IMG/VR virus record: IMGVR_UViG_3300046729_000010
Span: 1 to 55,527 of that record
Source of the DNA: a virus
Taxonomy: Duplodnaviria; Caudoviricetes
Direction: 5' to 3' (one strand)
DNA: 55,527 nt
How positions within the stretch are numbered: position 1 is the first letter of the stretch; each line of letters begins with the position of its first letter. The notes beneath the pieces were generated by a model that was given only the letters and a program-made list of their open reading frames with translations, did no database searches and had not been told where the DNA came from. The translations under genes and the position numbers were made by a program. Shown in pieces: positions 46,501 to 55,505 of the stretch.

Positions 46501-47235
46501 TTACGCGATCAGACTGGTCGAAATGCGTGGCTCGAACGTACCGATGAGTCGGGCCTGCGCTAGGTCCTTCTCGATGTTGTTTCGCAGGGCGATGATCGCT
46601 GTGCTGTACATCGAGCGCCAGAGGCCGGAAGATCCGGACGAATCCTGTTGCTCGCGGAAGTGAGAACCCTCGATCAGGATTGCGGTGTACAGGGCGATTG
46701 CTCGCTGAACGCCCTCGTAGTGAGCCACGGGCATGCGCGTTGGAAGCTCTGGCAGCACGAGATCGATCGCCTGCTGAATCAGGCCCTCGACCTGCGCCGC
46801 TGTGGGACTCGTCTCGGCGGTGAAGGTGGCCGCCACGCTGCTGCCCTCCGCAACGAGCCGAGTACGCTCGAAAGCTGCGACCTCGTCCACGGTGGGAGTG
46901 ACGTCCCCACGAGACACGAGCGGGTACACGCCCGTGAGCGGAACATCCTCGACCACAGCGATGGAGTCGACAGAGACCAGCGGCAGGAGTGCCTCGTAGG
47001 CGGGAGGCTCGGGGTCGCCGGTTCGCCACACGAGGAGAAAGTAGCCCGGCGTGGGTGGACCGTCCAGGGTAACGGTCCACACCGACCCGATGAGGGATGC
47101 CTCCCGCCAGTACGAGACGATCGCGCGAGTGACTGGGACTTCAACTCGCGCGCCGAAGTAGGCCAGCCCGCCGGGATCGTCGAAGGTAGCCACGAAGGGC
47201 GTACCTGCGACGACCGTTGTCGGCGAGCTGGCCAT
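46501..47235 (-). CDS. putative head-tail adaptor
   Basis: Position; PTVDEVA...PTAAQVEGLI...AILIE.S. Confidence 0.6.
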   Translation of the reverse strand: MASSPTTVVAGTPFVATFDDPGGLAYFGARVEVPVTRAIVSYWREASLIGSVWTVTLDGPPTPGYFLLVWRTGDPEPPAYEALLPLVSVDSIAVVEDVPLTGVYPLVSRGDVTPTVDEVAAFERTRLVAEGSSVAATFTAETSPTAAQVEGLIQQAIDLVLPELPTRMPVAHYEGVQRAIALYTAILIEGSHFREQQDSSGSSGLWRSMYSTAIIALRNNIEKDLAQARLIGTFEPRISTSLIA

Positions 47236-47241
47236 GAGCTT

Positions 47242-47574
47242 CTACTCGTGAAACTCCGCGTCGTCTGCCCGCAGAGTGTCGATGAGATCGGGCTTGCGGG
47301 CGTTGGCCGGCACCTCGAGGCCGCGTGCCCTGATCTCGTCCTCGAGGTCCTTCACGGTCCAGGGAGGAGAGCGCGTCTCGTAGTCGTCGCCCGGTTCGGG
47401 AACGTCGTCGCCGGAAGCGTTCTCGTCGCCGGTCTCGTCCGGCTGCTCCGCCGCCGAGTCGTCCTCGAGACGGTAGTGGTCGGGAACGTTCTGGCCGGCT
47501 CGAACGATCCGACGCACTTCGACGCCCGCGATGTCCTCGTAGCCGTACGTGTCCTTCGTAGCCTTTCGGGGCAT
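47242..47574 (-). CDS. small acidic protein with SAP/HeH-like motif
   Basis: WTVKDLEDEIRARGLEVPANARKPDLIDTL; follows the major capsid gene. Confidence 0.7.
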   Translation of the reverse strand: MPRKATKDTYGYEDIAGVEVRRIVRAGQNVPDHYRLEDDSAAEQPDETGDENASGDDVPEPGDDYETRSPPWTVKDLEDEIRARGLEVPANARKPDLIDTLRADDAEFHE

Positions 47575-47617
47575 GGTTCAGGTTCCTCCTTCGATCGTGG
47601 GCCGCACCTGGTGCCCG

Positions 47618-48958
47618 TTACGGAGTCGGGTCGGTGGTGTTCGCGACTGCGAACGCCGATGGGTACCAGACCGGCAGCGCGACACGCGCCTCGGCGAGAA
47701 CGGTGACGCGGTTGCGGACGAAGTCGTCCTGATCCGAGTCGCTCGTCTTGACGTTGACGCCCTCGCGGACGAGCAGCGTCGCGCCCATCGAGTCTCCGAC
47801 CAGGGGCGCTCCCTGGGTCAGAGCGACCGACGGGGTGATCGCCATGCCCCAGATCGTGGCCGCGGCCATCGTGCCGGGGCCGCCGTACAGGTACTGGCCG
47901 GTGCGTGCTCCGCCGAGCGACCCCTCGCGCATCAGCAGCAGGTTCTGCCAGTCGATGGGATGCAGCGCCGCGAAATTCGGCTCCTGGTTGGACAGGATGA
48001 CCAGCGTCATTGCTCGGAGGATCGCGTCCGCGGTGTTGTCGCCCTCGACGAATGTCGGAGCTCCGACGCCGGTGGTGTTCAGGATGCCGGTCAGGTTCTG
48101 ACCCGTGCCGTCGCCGCGCAGGATCTGGAACTCGATCTTGCGACGGACGTCGTAGGGGAGCAGCGTGTTGATCAGGGTCGACAGACCGGCGGTGTCGTCC
48201 ATCGCCTGACGGTTGACCTTGATCCAGCCCGCGATCGTACGGACGGGTGCGGTTGCGTCGTCCATCGTCAGGCCGGCCTCGGGCTTGACCGCTCCCTCTG
48301 CCTGCATCCCGACGGTGTTGGGAATGGCCGTGATCTGGACGTACTCGATGGAGTTGCTGTCCGTCGGTCCCGTCGGAATGAGGTCCAGGAGACGGAGTGG
48401 CCGAAGCATCGGAGCGATGATGCCGCGACGGTCCGGCTGGATGGCGCCACCGACGCTTGCCGTTCCGATCGGAGCGGCCGGCGCACCGGGCAACTCCGAC
48501 ATGAACCGAACCGCGTCCTCGCGGGAGGCGATCTGGCCCATCTGGATGGTTCCGAACCTGGCCGAGCTCGAGAAGACGCCCTGCTCACGCGCCTGCTGGT
48601 ACGGGGAACCCGAGGCCATCAGGTTCTGAGCGCTCCAGCCCTGGACCCGCTGAACGCCGTCGTTGTCGAACGAAGGAGAGTCCGGCTGGTCCTGTCCGAG
48701 CATCTTGAGGATCGCGTCCTCCGCGATCTTGAGGTCGGCCAGATCGTCGTCGATGATCCCCAGGTTCTTGACCGCCTCTTCGGCGTTCTTGAACTCGGGC
48801 ATGTCGGTGATCTTCACGTCACCGGGTGTTGCGCCGGCGAACGCGCTCTTCGCGTCGTCGCGCTCCTTGCGTGCGGCCGCTCGCCGATCGCGCAGCTCGC
48901 GCGACTTCTCGCGCACCTCCTTGAGGCGATCGCGGATCTGCTGATTGGCGTTGGTCAT
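47618..48958 (-). CDS. major capsid protein (HK97 fold)
   Basis: N-terminal coiled-coil delta domain; AEGAVKPE; TIAGWIKVNRQAMDD; QILRGDGTGQNLTGILN; FVRNRVTVLAEAR. Confidence 0.95.
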   Translation of the reverse strand: MTNANQQIRDRLKEVREKSRELRDRRAAARKERDDAKSAFAGATPGDVKITDMPEFKNAEEAVKNLGIIDDDLADLKIAEDAILKMLGQDQPDSPSFDNDGVQRVQGWSAQNLMASGSPYQQAREQGVFSSSARFGTIQMGQIASREDAVRFMSELPGAPAAPIGTASVGGAIQPDRRGIIAPMLRPLRLLDLIPTGPTDSNSIEYVQITAIPNTVGMQAEGAVKPEAGLTMDDATAPVRTIAGWIKVNRQAMDDTAGLSTLINTLLPYDVRRKIEFQILRGDGTGQNLTGILNTTGVGAPTFVEGDNTADAILRAMTLVILSNQEPNFAALHPIDWQNLLLMREGSLGGARTGQYLYGGPGTMAAATIWGMAITPSVALTQGAPLVGDSMGATLLVREGVNVKTSDSDQDDFVRNRVTVLAEARVALPVWYPSAFAVANTTDPTP

Positions 48959-49965
48959 GCTTGGTCGTCCTCCTGCGTTGAATGGAACTCGAGCACACCC
49001 GCCATAGCGGCAAGGCGACCACGGTCTTCGGCCGTGTACTGGACTCCTTCCGACTCGGCCCCTAGGCCGTTGGTGCTTCCGGTCCGACTGCGACGCTGGA
49101 GTCCGGACACGACGTTCTCGAGAGTGTCGACACGGTCGGCCAGCCCAGCGTCCACAGCGCGCTTGGCTGTCAAGACGCGACCTTCGCCGTAGCCGTTCCT
49201 GACGTCGGCCACGGAGGCTTGGCGCCCGGTTGCGACAGCCTTCACGAACATGCTGTAGAAGTCATCGACGCCCTGCTGCAGCGCCGTTCGGGCTTCCTCG
49301 CTGAGCGGGCTGTAGGGGTTCGTCTCGATCTTGTACTTGCCCGCGGAGATCAGTGTCGGCTTGATGCCCATGAGCTCGAGGGCGCCACTGATGTCTCGAT
49401 GCTCCGTGAAGACTCCGATGGAGCCAACCTCGCCCGAGGGAGTGACGACGATCTCGGTTGCCTGCGACGCGATCCAGTAGGCTGCGGAGGCGATCAGAGT
49501 GTTGGCCACTGCGACGACTGGCTTCTGCTTCGCGGCCGCCGCAACCTCGTCCGCGATCTCGGGAATGAGATCGACGACACCGCCTGGCGAGTCCACGTTG
49601 ATCACGATGGCCCCAATGTCGGGGTTGTTCGCAGCCTCGGCGAGCTGAACCCTGAACGAGCTGATGCTCGAACCGAGACCGAAGATCAGAGCGAACAGTG
49701 ACACGTTGGGAGTGAGCACGCCCTTGAGGTCGATCGTCTGGACCTCACCGTTGATCGCGGGCGGACGACCCCGAGGACGGGCCGCGTCCGCAGCTGCCCG
49801 AAGATCCTCTGACGTGATGTCGAGAGACCTGATCCTGTTCTCGAGACTGGAGAACGAAAGGAAGGTCTCGGGCAAGATCGCCCAGGTGCGAGACTCGAGC
49901 TCGAGAGCCCAAGCGAGATCTGCGATCAACTCCTGAGCTGTTCCGGTTTTCGGGTCGTCTGACAT
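48955..49965 (-). CDS. S49-family prohead protease
   Basis: NVDSPGG; ASAAYWIASQA; GSIGV; ISAGKYK; GLADRV; start at ATG 49965 (MSDDPK). Confidence 0.9.
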   Translation of the reverse strand: MSDDPKTGTAQELIADLAWALELESRTWAILPETFLSFSSLENRIRSLDITSEDLRAAADAARPRGRPPAINGEVQTIDLKGVLTPNVSLFALIFGLGSSISSFRVQLAEAANNPDIGAIVINVDSPGGVVDLIPEIADEVAAAAKQKPVVAVANTLIASAAYWIASQATEIVVTPSGEVGSIGVFTEHRDISGALELMGIKPTLISAGKYKIETNPYSPLSEEARTALQQGVDDFYSMFVKAVATGRQASVADVRNGYGEGRVLTAKRAVDAGLADRVDTLENVVSGLQRRSRTGSTNGLGAESEGVQYTAEDRGRLAAMAGVLEFHSTQEDDQA

Positions 49966-50041
49966 CAGGGCGTCTGTCCTCCATCGTACACCCAACGGCC
50001 CGAGGTCAACACCCAGCCGTGGAAGATTTTTGGATGATCGC

Positions 50042-51463
50042 TCAACGGAACTCCAGCTCGAAGTCTGCATCCTTGGATCGGACGTGAAGACGACGGTGAC
50101 TGGAAGCACCTTGAGAGGGCGTGCTGACTGTGACTGGGGGACGCGCCGGCGTACCGACTGGAACGAGGTTGTTTCCAGGAATGTAGAATGTGTCCATTCC
50201 CGGGTCATCGGATCGAGGCTCGTTGATCTTGGACCGACCCTCGTTTGGAGTGAGCAGAGCCGAACCGATGGCCTCACGCAGAGACTGAATCTCCTTGAGT
50301 CGATCGCCTCGAAGGACGCCCGCGAAGTCGAACTCACAGTAGACGTCCGTCTCTCGCAACAAACCCCGAACGACCTGAGCGTTGATGCACTGCTCGATGA
50401 GAACCAGAGGCGGGCCAAGACACTCGGTGTAGATCATCTCGCGCTGTGTCTCGATGTTGCTGTACGTAGCCTTGTCCAGAATCCCCATCATCGGAGGCGG
50501 GATGAGGTAGACCGCTGCGATCTCGTCGCGAACAATCTTGCGCTGGTCGATCAGCTCCGCCTCCACAGCGGAGTGGCCGACTGGCTTCCAGTCCAGACCC
50601 GGAGGAAGGAGCGCCGGCCGGCCAGCATTCTCCGGTCCGGTGTAGAGCTCCGTGATGTCCTTGCGCAGCTGGCGCATGATGATCTGGCGCTCAGGCTTCT
50701 CGAGCCCCAGGAACGCCTCGCTTGCCGTGACCGCTGAGGGAGGCCTTGCTCCGTTCTTGAAGAGACCGCGCTGGTAGCGCTGTGCGCCATCCTCGATCGA
50801 GAGCGTCACTCCCAGCTGCTGAAGAGGCGACGTCCCGAGATTGCCCACCGGAGACCACCACGCGACATGGATCATGTAGTCGATCGAGACTTCGCGAGCG
50901 AACTGAGCGCTGTCCGTGTCCACCTTGAAGCCCTCGAGCGAGTCCCTCCAGGGACGGATCGGCTGACTGAAGCGCCAGTCTCTGGGCCCGAACTGAATCT
51001 GGCCGCTGGCCCCTTCCTCCACCTCTGTGAGCGAGTTGCCGTGGACCAGCATCGGACCGAGAAGGTTCATCACGAGCCCTGCTTGGTGCCCGCGCTCCCA
51101 AGGGGATATGACCGCTGCGGCCAGAGGATGCTCGTCTTCGCGAAGACGGACACGGGAGTCGTCACCGGTCCGGCGATAGACCTTGAGTGGTACTCGCACC
51201 GCCCACGTGAGCATCCGCATCACCGCGGCTGCGACCCAAGGCTGAGTCTGGAACAGACGAGTGTAGGAGACGGTGTGGTTGTCAACGAGCAGGAGCTCCT
51301 GGGGAAAGAGCTCGCCGTCTCCCAGCCACGTCGAGCTGGTTCGAGTGAGGTCCCCTCGACCGGGAGCGACCTCTACGGGGTGGTTGAACAAGTCGCCCCG
51401 ACGCTCGGCTCGACCTTCCTCGAGCCTGGCAATCCTCTCGGCGCGCTGGGCATCAGTCTCCAC
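50042..51463 (-). CDS. portal protein (HK97 family)
   Basis: VPLKVYR; HGNS; GTSPL; FKNGARP; YTGPENAG; ATYSNIE; LTPNEGR. Confidence 0.93.
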   Translation of the reverse strand: METDAQRAERIARLEEGRAERRGDLFNHPVEVAPGRGDLTRTSSTWLGDGELFPQELLLVDNHTVSYTRLFQTQPWVAAAVMRMLTWAVRVPLKVYRRTGDDSRVRLREDEHPLAAAVISPWERGHQAGLVMNLLGPMLVHGNSLTEVEEGASGQIQFGPRDWRFSQPIRPWRDSLEGFKVDTDSAQFAREVSIDYMIHVAWWSPVGNLGTSPLQQLGVTLSIEDGAQRYQRGLFKNGARPPSAVTASEAFLGLEKPERQIIMRQLRKDITELYTGPENAGRPALLPPGLDWKPVGHSAVEAELIDQRKIVRDEIAAVYLIPPPMMGILDKATYSNIETQREMIYTECLGPPLVLIEQCINAQVVRGLLRETDVYCEFDFAGVLRGDRLKEIQSLREAIGSALLTPNEGRSKINEPRSDDPGMDTFYIPGNNLVPVGTPARPPVTVSTPSQGASSHRRLHVRSKDADFELEFR

Positions 51464-51537
51464 GGACCCTCAGCCTACCCCGGATCCGTGCGTCCACACA
51501 AGCTCCGGAGTTGAATCTAAAGATTCGTAGCGGACTG

Positions 51538-51606
51538 TTGCCTTCGTCGTCGTTTGGCCTGATGATGCATCGCATGAGGTCAACCAGCCGCACCAAGGAG
51601 AGCACA
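51538..51606 (+). promoter_or_regulatory. dual-start promoter/leader cassette, copy 5
   Basis: TTGCCT-17-GATGAT-7 nt-ATGAGGTCAA(51574)...CACCAAGGAGAGCACA-ATG(51607). Confidence 0.7.
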
Positions 51607-51753
51607 ATGAGCCAGAACAACGTGAACCTCGAGACGCGCCCCGACTTTGTCCCACGCACAAAGCTTCCGGAGTGGGACTACTCGCTCAGCACCTGGGCCA
51701 ACACCGCGATCCGTCTCTCCGCCCAGGCCGAGATTGATCAGCAGGCCAGCTGA
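51607..51753 (+). CDS. 48-aa hypothetical protein (alternative start 51574)
   Basis: AAGGAG RBS. Confidence 0.65.
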   Translation: MSQNNVNLETRPDFVPRTKLPEWDYSLSTWANTAIRLSAQAEIDQQAS

Positions 51754-51932
51754 TGCCCAAGATCAACGTCTACTACGACACGCGCGGAACGACAAAGCGT
51801 ACCAGCAGGAACTGGTGCGTCACACTCTTCACGGGCTCAGGCGCCACCACCGAACGCTTCGAGACTGAGCAGGAGGCTCGCGATCGAGCGGCCGTCCTGC
51901 AGGAACTGCACCTCGACGAGTCGATCCAATGA
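51753..51932 (+). CDS. 59-aa hypothetical protein
   Basis: MPKINVYYDTRG...; TGATG and ATGA overlaps; below the ORF-track cutoff. Confidence 0.6.
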   Translation: MPKINVYYDTRGTTKRTSRNWCVTLFTGSGATTERFETEQEARDRAAVLQELHLDESIQ

Positions 51933-52126
51933 AGTGGATTCGTGTCCCAGACGGTGGATGGCTCAGGGGCCAGTCCGGGTACGAGTCCGAAGACGGACGG
52001 TTCTTCGTCGCCCGTGACTACGTTGACGAGGACTATGGTCCATTGACGATGTGGATGCTTCACGGGCCCAACGGATTCATCGACGCGTTCGACACCCTAC
52101 GCGACGCCAAGTCCTACGTGAGCTAA
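51929..52126 (+). CDS. hypothetical protein
   Basis: YESEDGRFFV...W...FDTLRDAK. Confidence 0.65.
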   Translation: MKWIRVPDGGWLRGQSGYESEDGRFFVARDYVDEDYGPLTMWMLHGPNGFIDAFDTLRDAKSYVS

Positions 52127-52209
52127 AGTACCTCTTCGAGCGTGATGAGCCACGCAACCAAAATGATGACGATACAGAGCCCGGCGACCCTCCAGTCGAC
52201 CGGGCTCAA
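52123..52209 (-). CDS. 28-aa membrane peptide
   Basis: MSPVDWRVAGLCIVIILVAWLITLEEVL; TTGA overlap. Confidence 0.4.
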   Translation of the reverse strand: MSPVDWRVAGLCIVIILVAWLITLEEVL

Positions 52210-52337
52210 CCTATGATGTAGGCGAGCATCGCGACCCCGAACATGGCCACGGCGAAAAGCAGTGGCGCGCCCACCAGGACCGAGATGAAGCCCAGCGCCG
52301 TGGCCAGTACGACGGTCAACTTCGTTCCCTCTCTCAC
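52206..52337 (-). CDS. 43-aa membrane peptide
   Basis: MREGTKLTVVLATALGFISVLVGAPLLFAVAMFGVAMLAYIIG; GTGA overlap. Confidence 0.5.
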   Translation of the reverse strand: MREGTKLTVVLATALGFISVLVGAPLLFAVAMFGVAMLAYIIG

Positions 52338-52465
52338 GGCTTGTCCTTCTCATCGTCGTATACCGGCTCCTGCCAGCCTCCTGGAGCGTTGTCGCCCTGA
52401 ACACCGCCCTGAGGCAGAAAGCGTCTCAGAAGCGCTCTGAGCCGGCTCAAGAGACATTGAACCAT
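52334..52465 (-). CDS. 43-aa hypothetical protein
   Basis: GGAGG RBS before ATG. Confidence 0.45.
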   Translation of the reverse strand: MVQCLLSRLRALLRRFLPQGGVQGDNAPGGWQEPVYDDEKDKP

Positions 52466-52548
52466 TTGTCCTCCAGTTGATGGCGTCGATGGGCGAGAGC
52501 GAGGATCACGAGACCCACGATCAGAAACAGGACGGAGAGAACGGCCAC
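52447..52548 (-). CDS. 33-aa membrane peptide
   Basis: MAVLSVLFLIVGLVILALAHRRHQLEDKWFNVS; GAGGTG upstream. Confidence 0.45.
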   Translation of the reverse strand: MAVLSVLFLIVGLVILALAHRRHQLEDKWFNVS

Positions 52549-52554
52549 TGCGCA

Positions 52555-52752
52555 TCACCTCGAGCGTGTGCCGATGAGCCAACCGAGCAGGACAGACGCT
52601 CCGGCGGTCACGATGAGTCCAACGATCGACCCGGACACGACGCCGGCCGCAGCTGCGAGGATGGCCCACAGCGAGACTGTTCGGAACCATGGACAATGCC
52701 ACGACTCAGACGTACGCGGCAAGCGAAGAAGTAAGGAGTCGAGACGCTTCAT
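52555..52752 (-). CDS. small membrane protein
   Basis: ATGA overlap with terL; long hydrophobic C terminus. Confidence 0.55.
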   Translation of the reverse strand: MKRLDSLLLRLPRTSESWHCPWFRTVSLWAILAAAAGVVSGSIVGLIVTAGASVLLGWLIGTRSR

Positions 52753-54443
52753 AGGCTCTCAATCCGGTAGTCTCCCGGCTCACCCGACGCAACGCCCTTC
52801 GACCCCTTGCCTGCCATCGGCGATGTCGCAACGTTTAGGGCCATGACGAGTGCATCAAAACCGTCGATGTGCGTCTCGTCGTCGGGCTTTTCTCCGCGCC
52901 AACGCTTGCCTCCTGCGGTCATCTTGGCCACCGCGGCCAGGACCTGATCGGACAGCTTCTGATCACCGTCGTGCTCAAGCTTCCGATTCTCGACATACTC
53001 CGCAGCTTTCATGCTCGCCAGGTCGAACGCCTTGCCCTGATCGTGGTCCACGATCGTGATGCCGTGGTCCTCCTCGAGCTCTTCAGCCGCGTCGCCCCCA
53101 CCCTGAGCTCGGTCAAACGCCACGATCATGTCTGGCCAGCGTTCGTGCATCACCTCGAGGATCGAGCCGACCTCTCGCGTGCGGCGCTGCTCGCCACCGA
53201 CCTTGGGATCGAGGATGACCGCGCCGGCCACTCTGACGCGTCCTCCACCCGGTGGCTTCCAAACCGGCACGATCGCGGTGTTGTCCCACTTCTGCGCTCG
53301 GTCGAGCCCGACAACGACACGAATGCCCGGACCGGTCGGGATCTGGAGACCCTCGACCTTGAGCGCCCACCATTGGCCACGCTCGATAGCTCCGACACCA
53401 GCTGTGACCCACTGGTTGGCGTTCTGTCGCAGGAACTGCCAACGCAGAAGTCGGCCAAGGGCCTTCCAGACCCGACGCAAAGATCGAGTTGTAATCCACG
53501 ATGCGGGGTTCGCTCGCTGGACATGCTCGAGATAGGCGTCGAGCTCTGGTCCGGCTGCCACGGATAGTGGCGGAGGACTGATCTCCTCCGGCACAGCGAA
53601 GATGTGAGCGACAGTCTCTCGATCAACGTCCACTGCGCGAGTGTAGTATTCGCCTGGCCGCAGGTCCTTCTCGACGGTTGCTCCAGCCTCCTCGTCCAAC
53701 ACCAGCGCCTCGATGCGGCCGAGAAACGAGTCTCGGTTCGTGCCGGCTGTGGAGCCCAGCAGGCACTTGACGGTCGCTCCGCGAGCGGCAGCCTTCACGG
53801 TCTTGGAGATCAGGACGGACACGGACGCTCCGTTGTCAGCGTGGCGATGGAGCTCTTCGACAACGATCAGGCTCGGATCCTTACCCTCCACGCTCGAGCC
53901 GCCAGAGTGCTCGGAGCGACGGCCGGCACTTTTAGCGAAGATGCCGACATCCGTGTTGTCCAGCCACATCGGAACAATGCGTCCGCCGAGGTACTCCTGG
54001 GGCTCCCACCAATATCCGAATGCACTGCCCCTCCTGCGAGCTTCGAGCACGAAAGCTGCGGCCGCGTTTGTGGTGTTGCGAGCGTGCTCGAGCTCGCCAC
54101 CAATCACGAACACCCTTGGGAGCTTGACCACGTACGTCCCGTGGTGGAGACAGATCGCACCGTTCAGAGTCGACTTACCGTTCCCGGTCGGCCACTCCCA
54201 AAGGTGCTGGAAGAATTCAGCCTCCCACAGCGGGGAGTTGTCCGGTGAACGACCTGTTTGCAACCTCGAGAAGAAGTCTTCCAACGGGCCCAGCTGCCAC
54301 TCCTGGAGCCTGAATCGGCCGTCGATCGAGTCGGGATCGGGCAGTGTCCAGCAAAACCTCTCGAAGTGATCCAACGTTTCCTTCTCGGGTGAAGGGTCCG
54401 GCAGCGCGATCCCCTGAGGCAGTCGTCGGGAGCGCTCGCTCAC
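52749..54443 (-). CDS. terminase large subunit
   Basis: LQEWQ; PTGNGKST Walker A; IVVEELH Walker B; STAG; GLDRAQKWDNTA; IDGFDALVMA. Confidence 0.9.
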   Translation of the reverse strand: MSERSRRLPQGIALPDPSPEKETLDHFERFCWTLPDPDSIDGRFRLQEWQLGPLEDFFSRLQTGRSPDNSPLWEAEFFQHLWEWPTGNGKSTLNGAICLHHGTYVVKLPRVFVIGGELEHARNTTNAAAAFVLEARRRGSAFGYWWEPQEYLGGRIVPMWLDNTDVGIFAKSAGRRSEHSGGSSVEGKDPSLIVVEELHRHADNGASVSVLISKTVKAAARGATVKCLLGSTAGTNRDSFLGRIEALVLDEEAGATVEKDLRPGEYYTRAVDVDRETVAHIFAVPEEISPPPLSVAAGPELDAYLEHVQRANPASWITTRSLRRVWKALGRLLRWQFLRQNANQWVTAGVGAIERGQWWALKVEGLQIPTGPGIRVVVGLDRAQKWDNTAIVPVWKPPGGGRVRVAGAVILDPKVGGEQRRTREVGSILEVMHERWPDMIVAFDRAQGGGDAAEELEEDHGITIVDHDQGKAFDLASMKAAEYVENRKLEHDGDQKLSDQVLAAVAKMTAGGKRWRGEKPDDETHIDGFDALVMALNVATSPMAGKGSKGVASGEPGDYRIESL

Positions 54444-54727
54444 TTGTCTTTCTCCAGACGTTCCATCTGAGCGAAAGGCTTGCTACTGAGAAGAACTCCG
54501 GATTTCCTTGGTGTGTCGTAGTTGAACCTGACGTACACGACCATCGATCCGTTCTCCCCGTGGTAGAGACACTCGGGATCAAAACGCTCAGACCGTTCTG
54601 AGAATCTGCACGTACAGGGAGGATCAGGCTGCGCCACGACTGCGTCCTGTGCTGGCGTGATCGTGAGGCTCATCGCCGTGCCCACCTTGGCAGTGATCCG
54701 TGGCGACGCCAGTACGGACGCCACCAC
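54440..54727 (-). CDS. hypothetical protein
   Basis: CTC...C..HG; stop overlaps the terL start; start uncertain. Confidence 0.5.
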   Translation of the reverse strand: MVASVLASPRITAKVGTAMSLTITPAQDAVVAQPDPPCTCRFSERSERFDPECLYHGENGSMVVYVRFNYDTPRKSGVLLSSKPFAQMERLEKDK

Positions 54728-54891
54728 CCCTGCACGTCATCCCAGCATTCCCAGCGCTCCGCCAAACCGGTGCGTTCGGCCAGCCCCACCATCCAGCCCA
54801 CTTCCCTTGCGAGCCGCAGCTCGCCGCGGAGGACGACCCTAATCAGCCTGGCGTGGTCATTGCCCAGAAACGTTTCAGGGCGATCGCTCAC
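54670..54891 (-). CDS. hypothetical protein
   Basis: GTGA overlap with the terS stop. Confidence 0.4.
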   Translation of the reverse strand: MSDRPETFLGNDHARLIRVVLRGELRLAREVGWMVGLAERTGLAERWECWDDVQGWWRPYWRRHGSLPRWARR

Positions 54892-55505
54892 AGCGCAGAC
54901 CCATCCGGACCGACGACACTTGAAATGCCGGTGTGCTCCGCTGCCGACTGTTGCAGTCGACTTTGGTGGTATGCGTCGACAGGCTTGGCGTGGCCGTTGG
55001 AGGACGGTTGGACCGGCTCTGATCCGGCCAGCCCAAGCTGCGAAGCGCAAGCGGCAGCCTTCGCCTCCTCCTTCTCGCTCATGGTCCAGCCTGGGTGTGG
55101 CCGAGTTGTGCCCTTGGACGTAGTGTTGAACGGCGCATCCTGGGCGTAGAGTCGGTACAACTCAGCGAGTCGAAGAGCGCGGACGTACTTCTCCACGAGA
55201 TCCACGTCGACAGCATTCCACGTCTCATGCGTTGCGGCGATCACTCTCACCGTGTCGGTCCACTTCTTGCGCCAGCGGTCGGCGTAGTCTTCGTCGTCCA
55301 GGAGCTCGCCCTGCTCGAGCCACTCTTGCATCACTCGCTTGGGAGGCTTGACTCGACCCGACAGTTGCTGAAGGAACCAGAGCGCGTGATCGGAGCAGTA
55401 CTTCGGCCACTGACCGCCCGTTTTGGGACGACTCCACTCGTGTCCGGCGGCGCATCTGAACGTTTGGACGCCATCGGCTTCGGAAACGAGCACACCGACG
55501 GCCAT
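54888..55505 (-). CDS. terminase small subunit (P27-like) with N-terminal Cys/His motif
   Basis: DLVEKYV...TTSKGTTRPHPG...SQLGL; CAAGH...YCSDH; upstream of terL. Confidence 0.75.
   Translation of the reverse strand: MAVGVLVSEADGVQTFRCAAGHEWSRPKTGGQWPKYCSDHALWFLQQLSGRVKPPKRVMQEWLEQGELLDDEDYADRWRKKWTDTVRVIAATHETWNAVDVDLVEKYVRALRLAELYRLYAQDAPFNTTSKGTTRPHPGWTMSEKEEAKAAACASQLGLAGSEPVQPSSNGHAKPVDAYHQSRLQQSAAEHTGISSVVGPDGSAL

Noticed and set aside
47549-49192. Long antisense or alternate-frame ORFs (e.g. 47549..49192 +, 20065..21342 -, 46648..47706 +, 44201..45193 +)
   Set aside because: Shadow ORFs of high-GC genes that have clear motifs on the other strand.
49966-50418. N-terminal extension of the protease ORF to 50418
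   Set aside because: It overlaps the portal gene and reads as non-coding. The S49-like sequence starts near ATG 49965.
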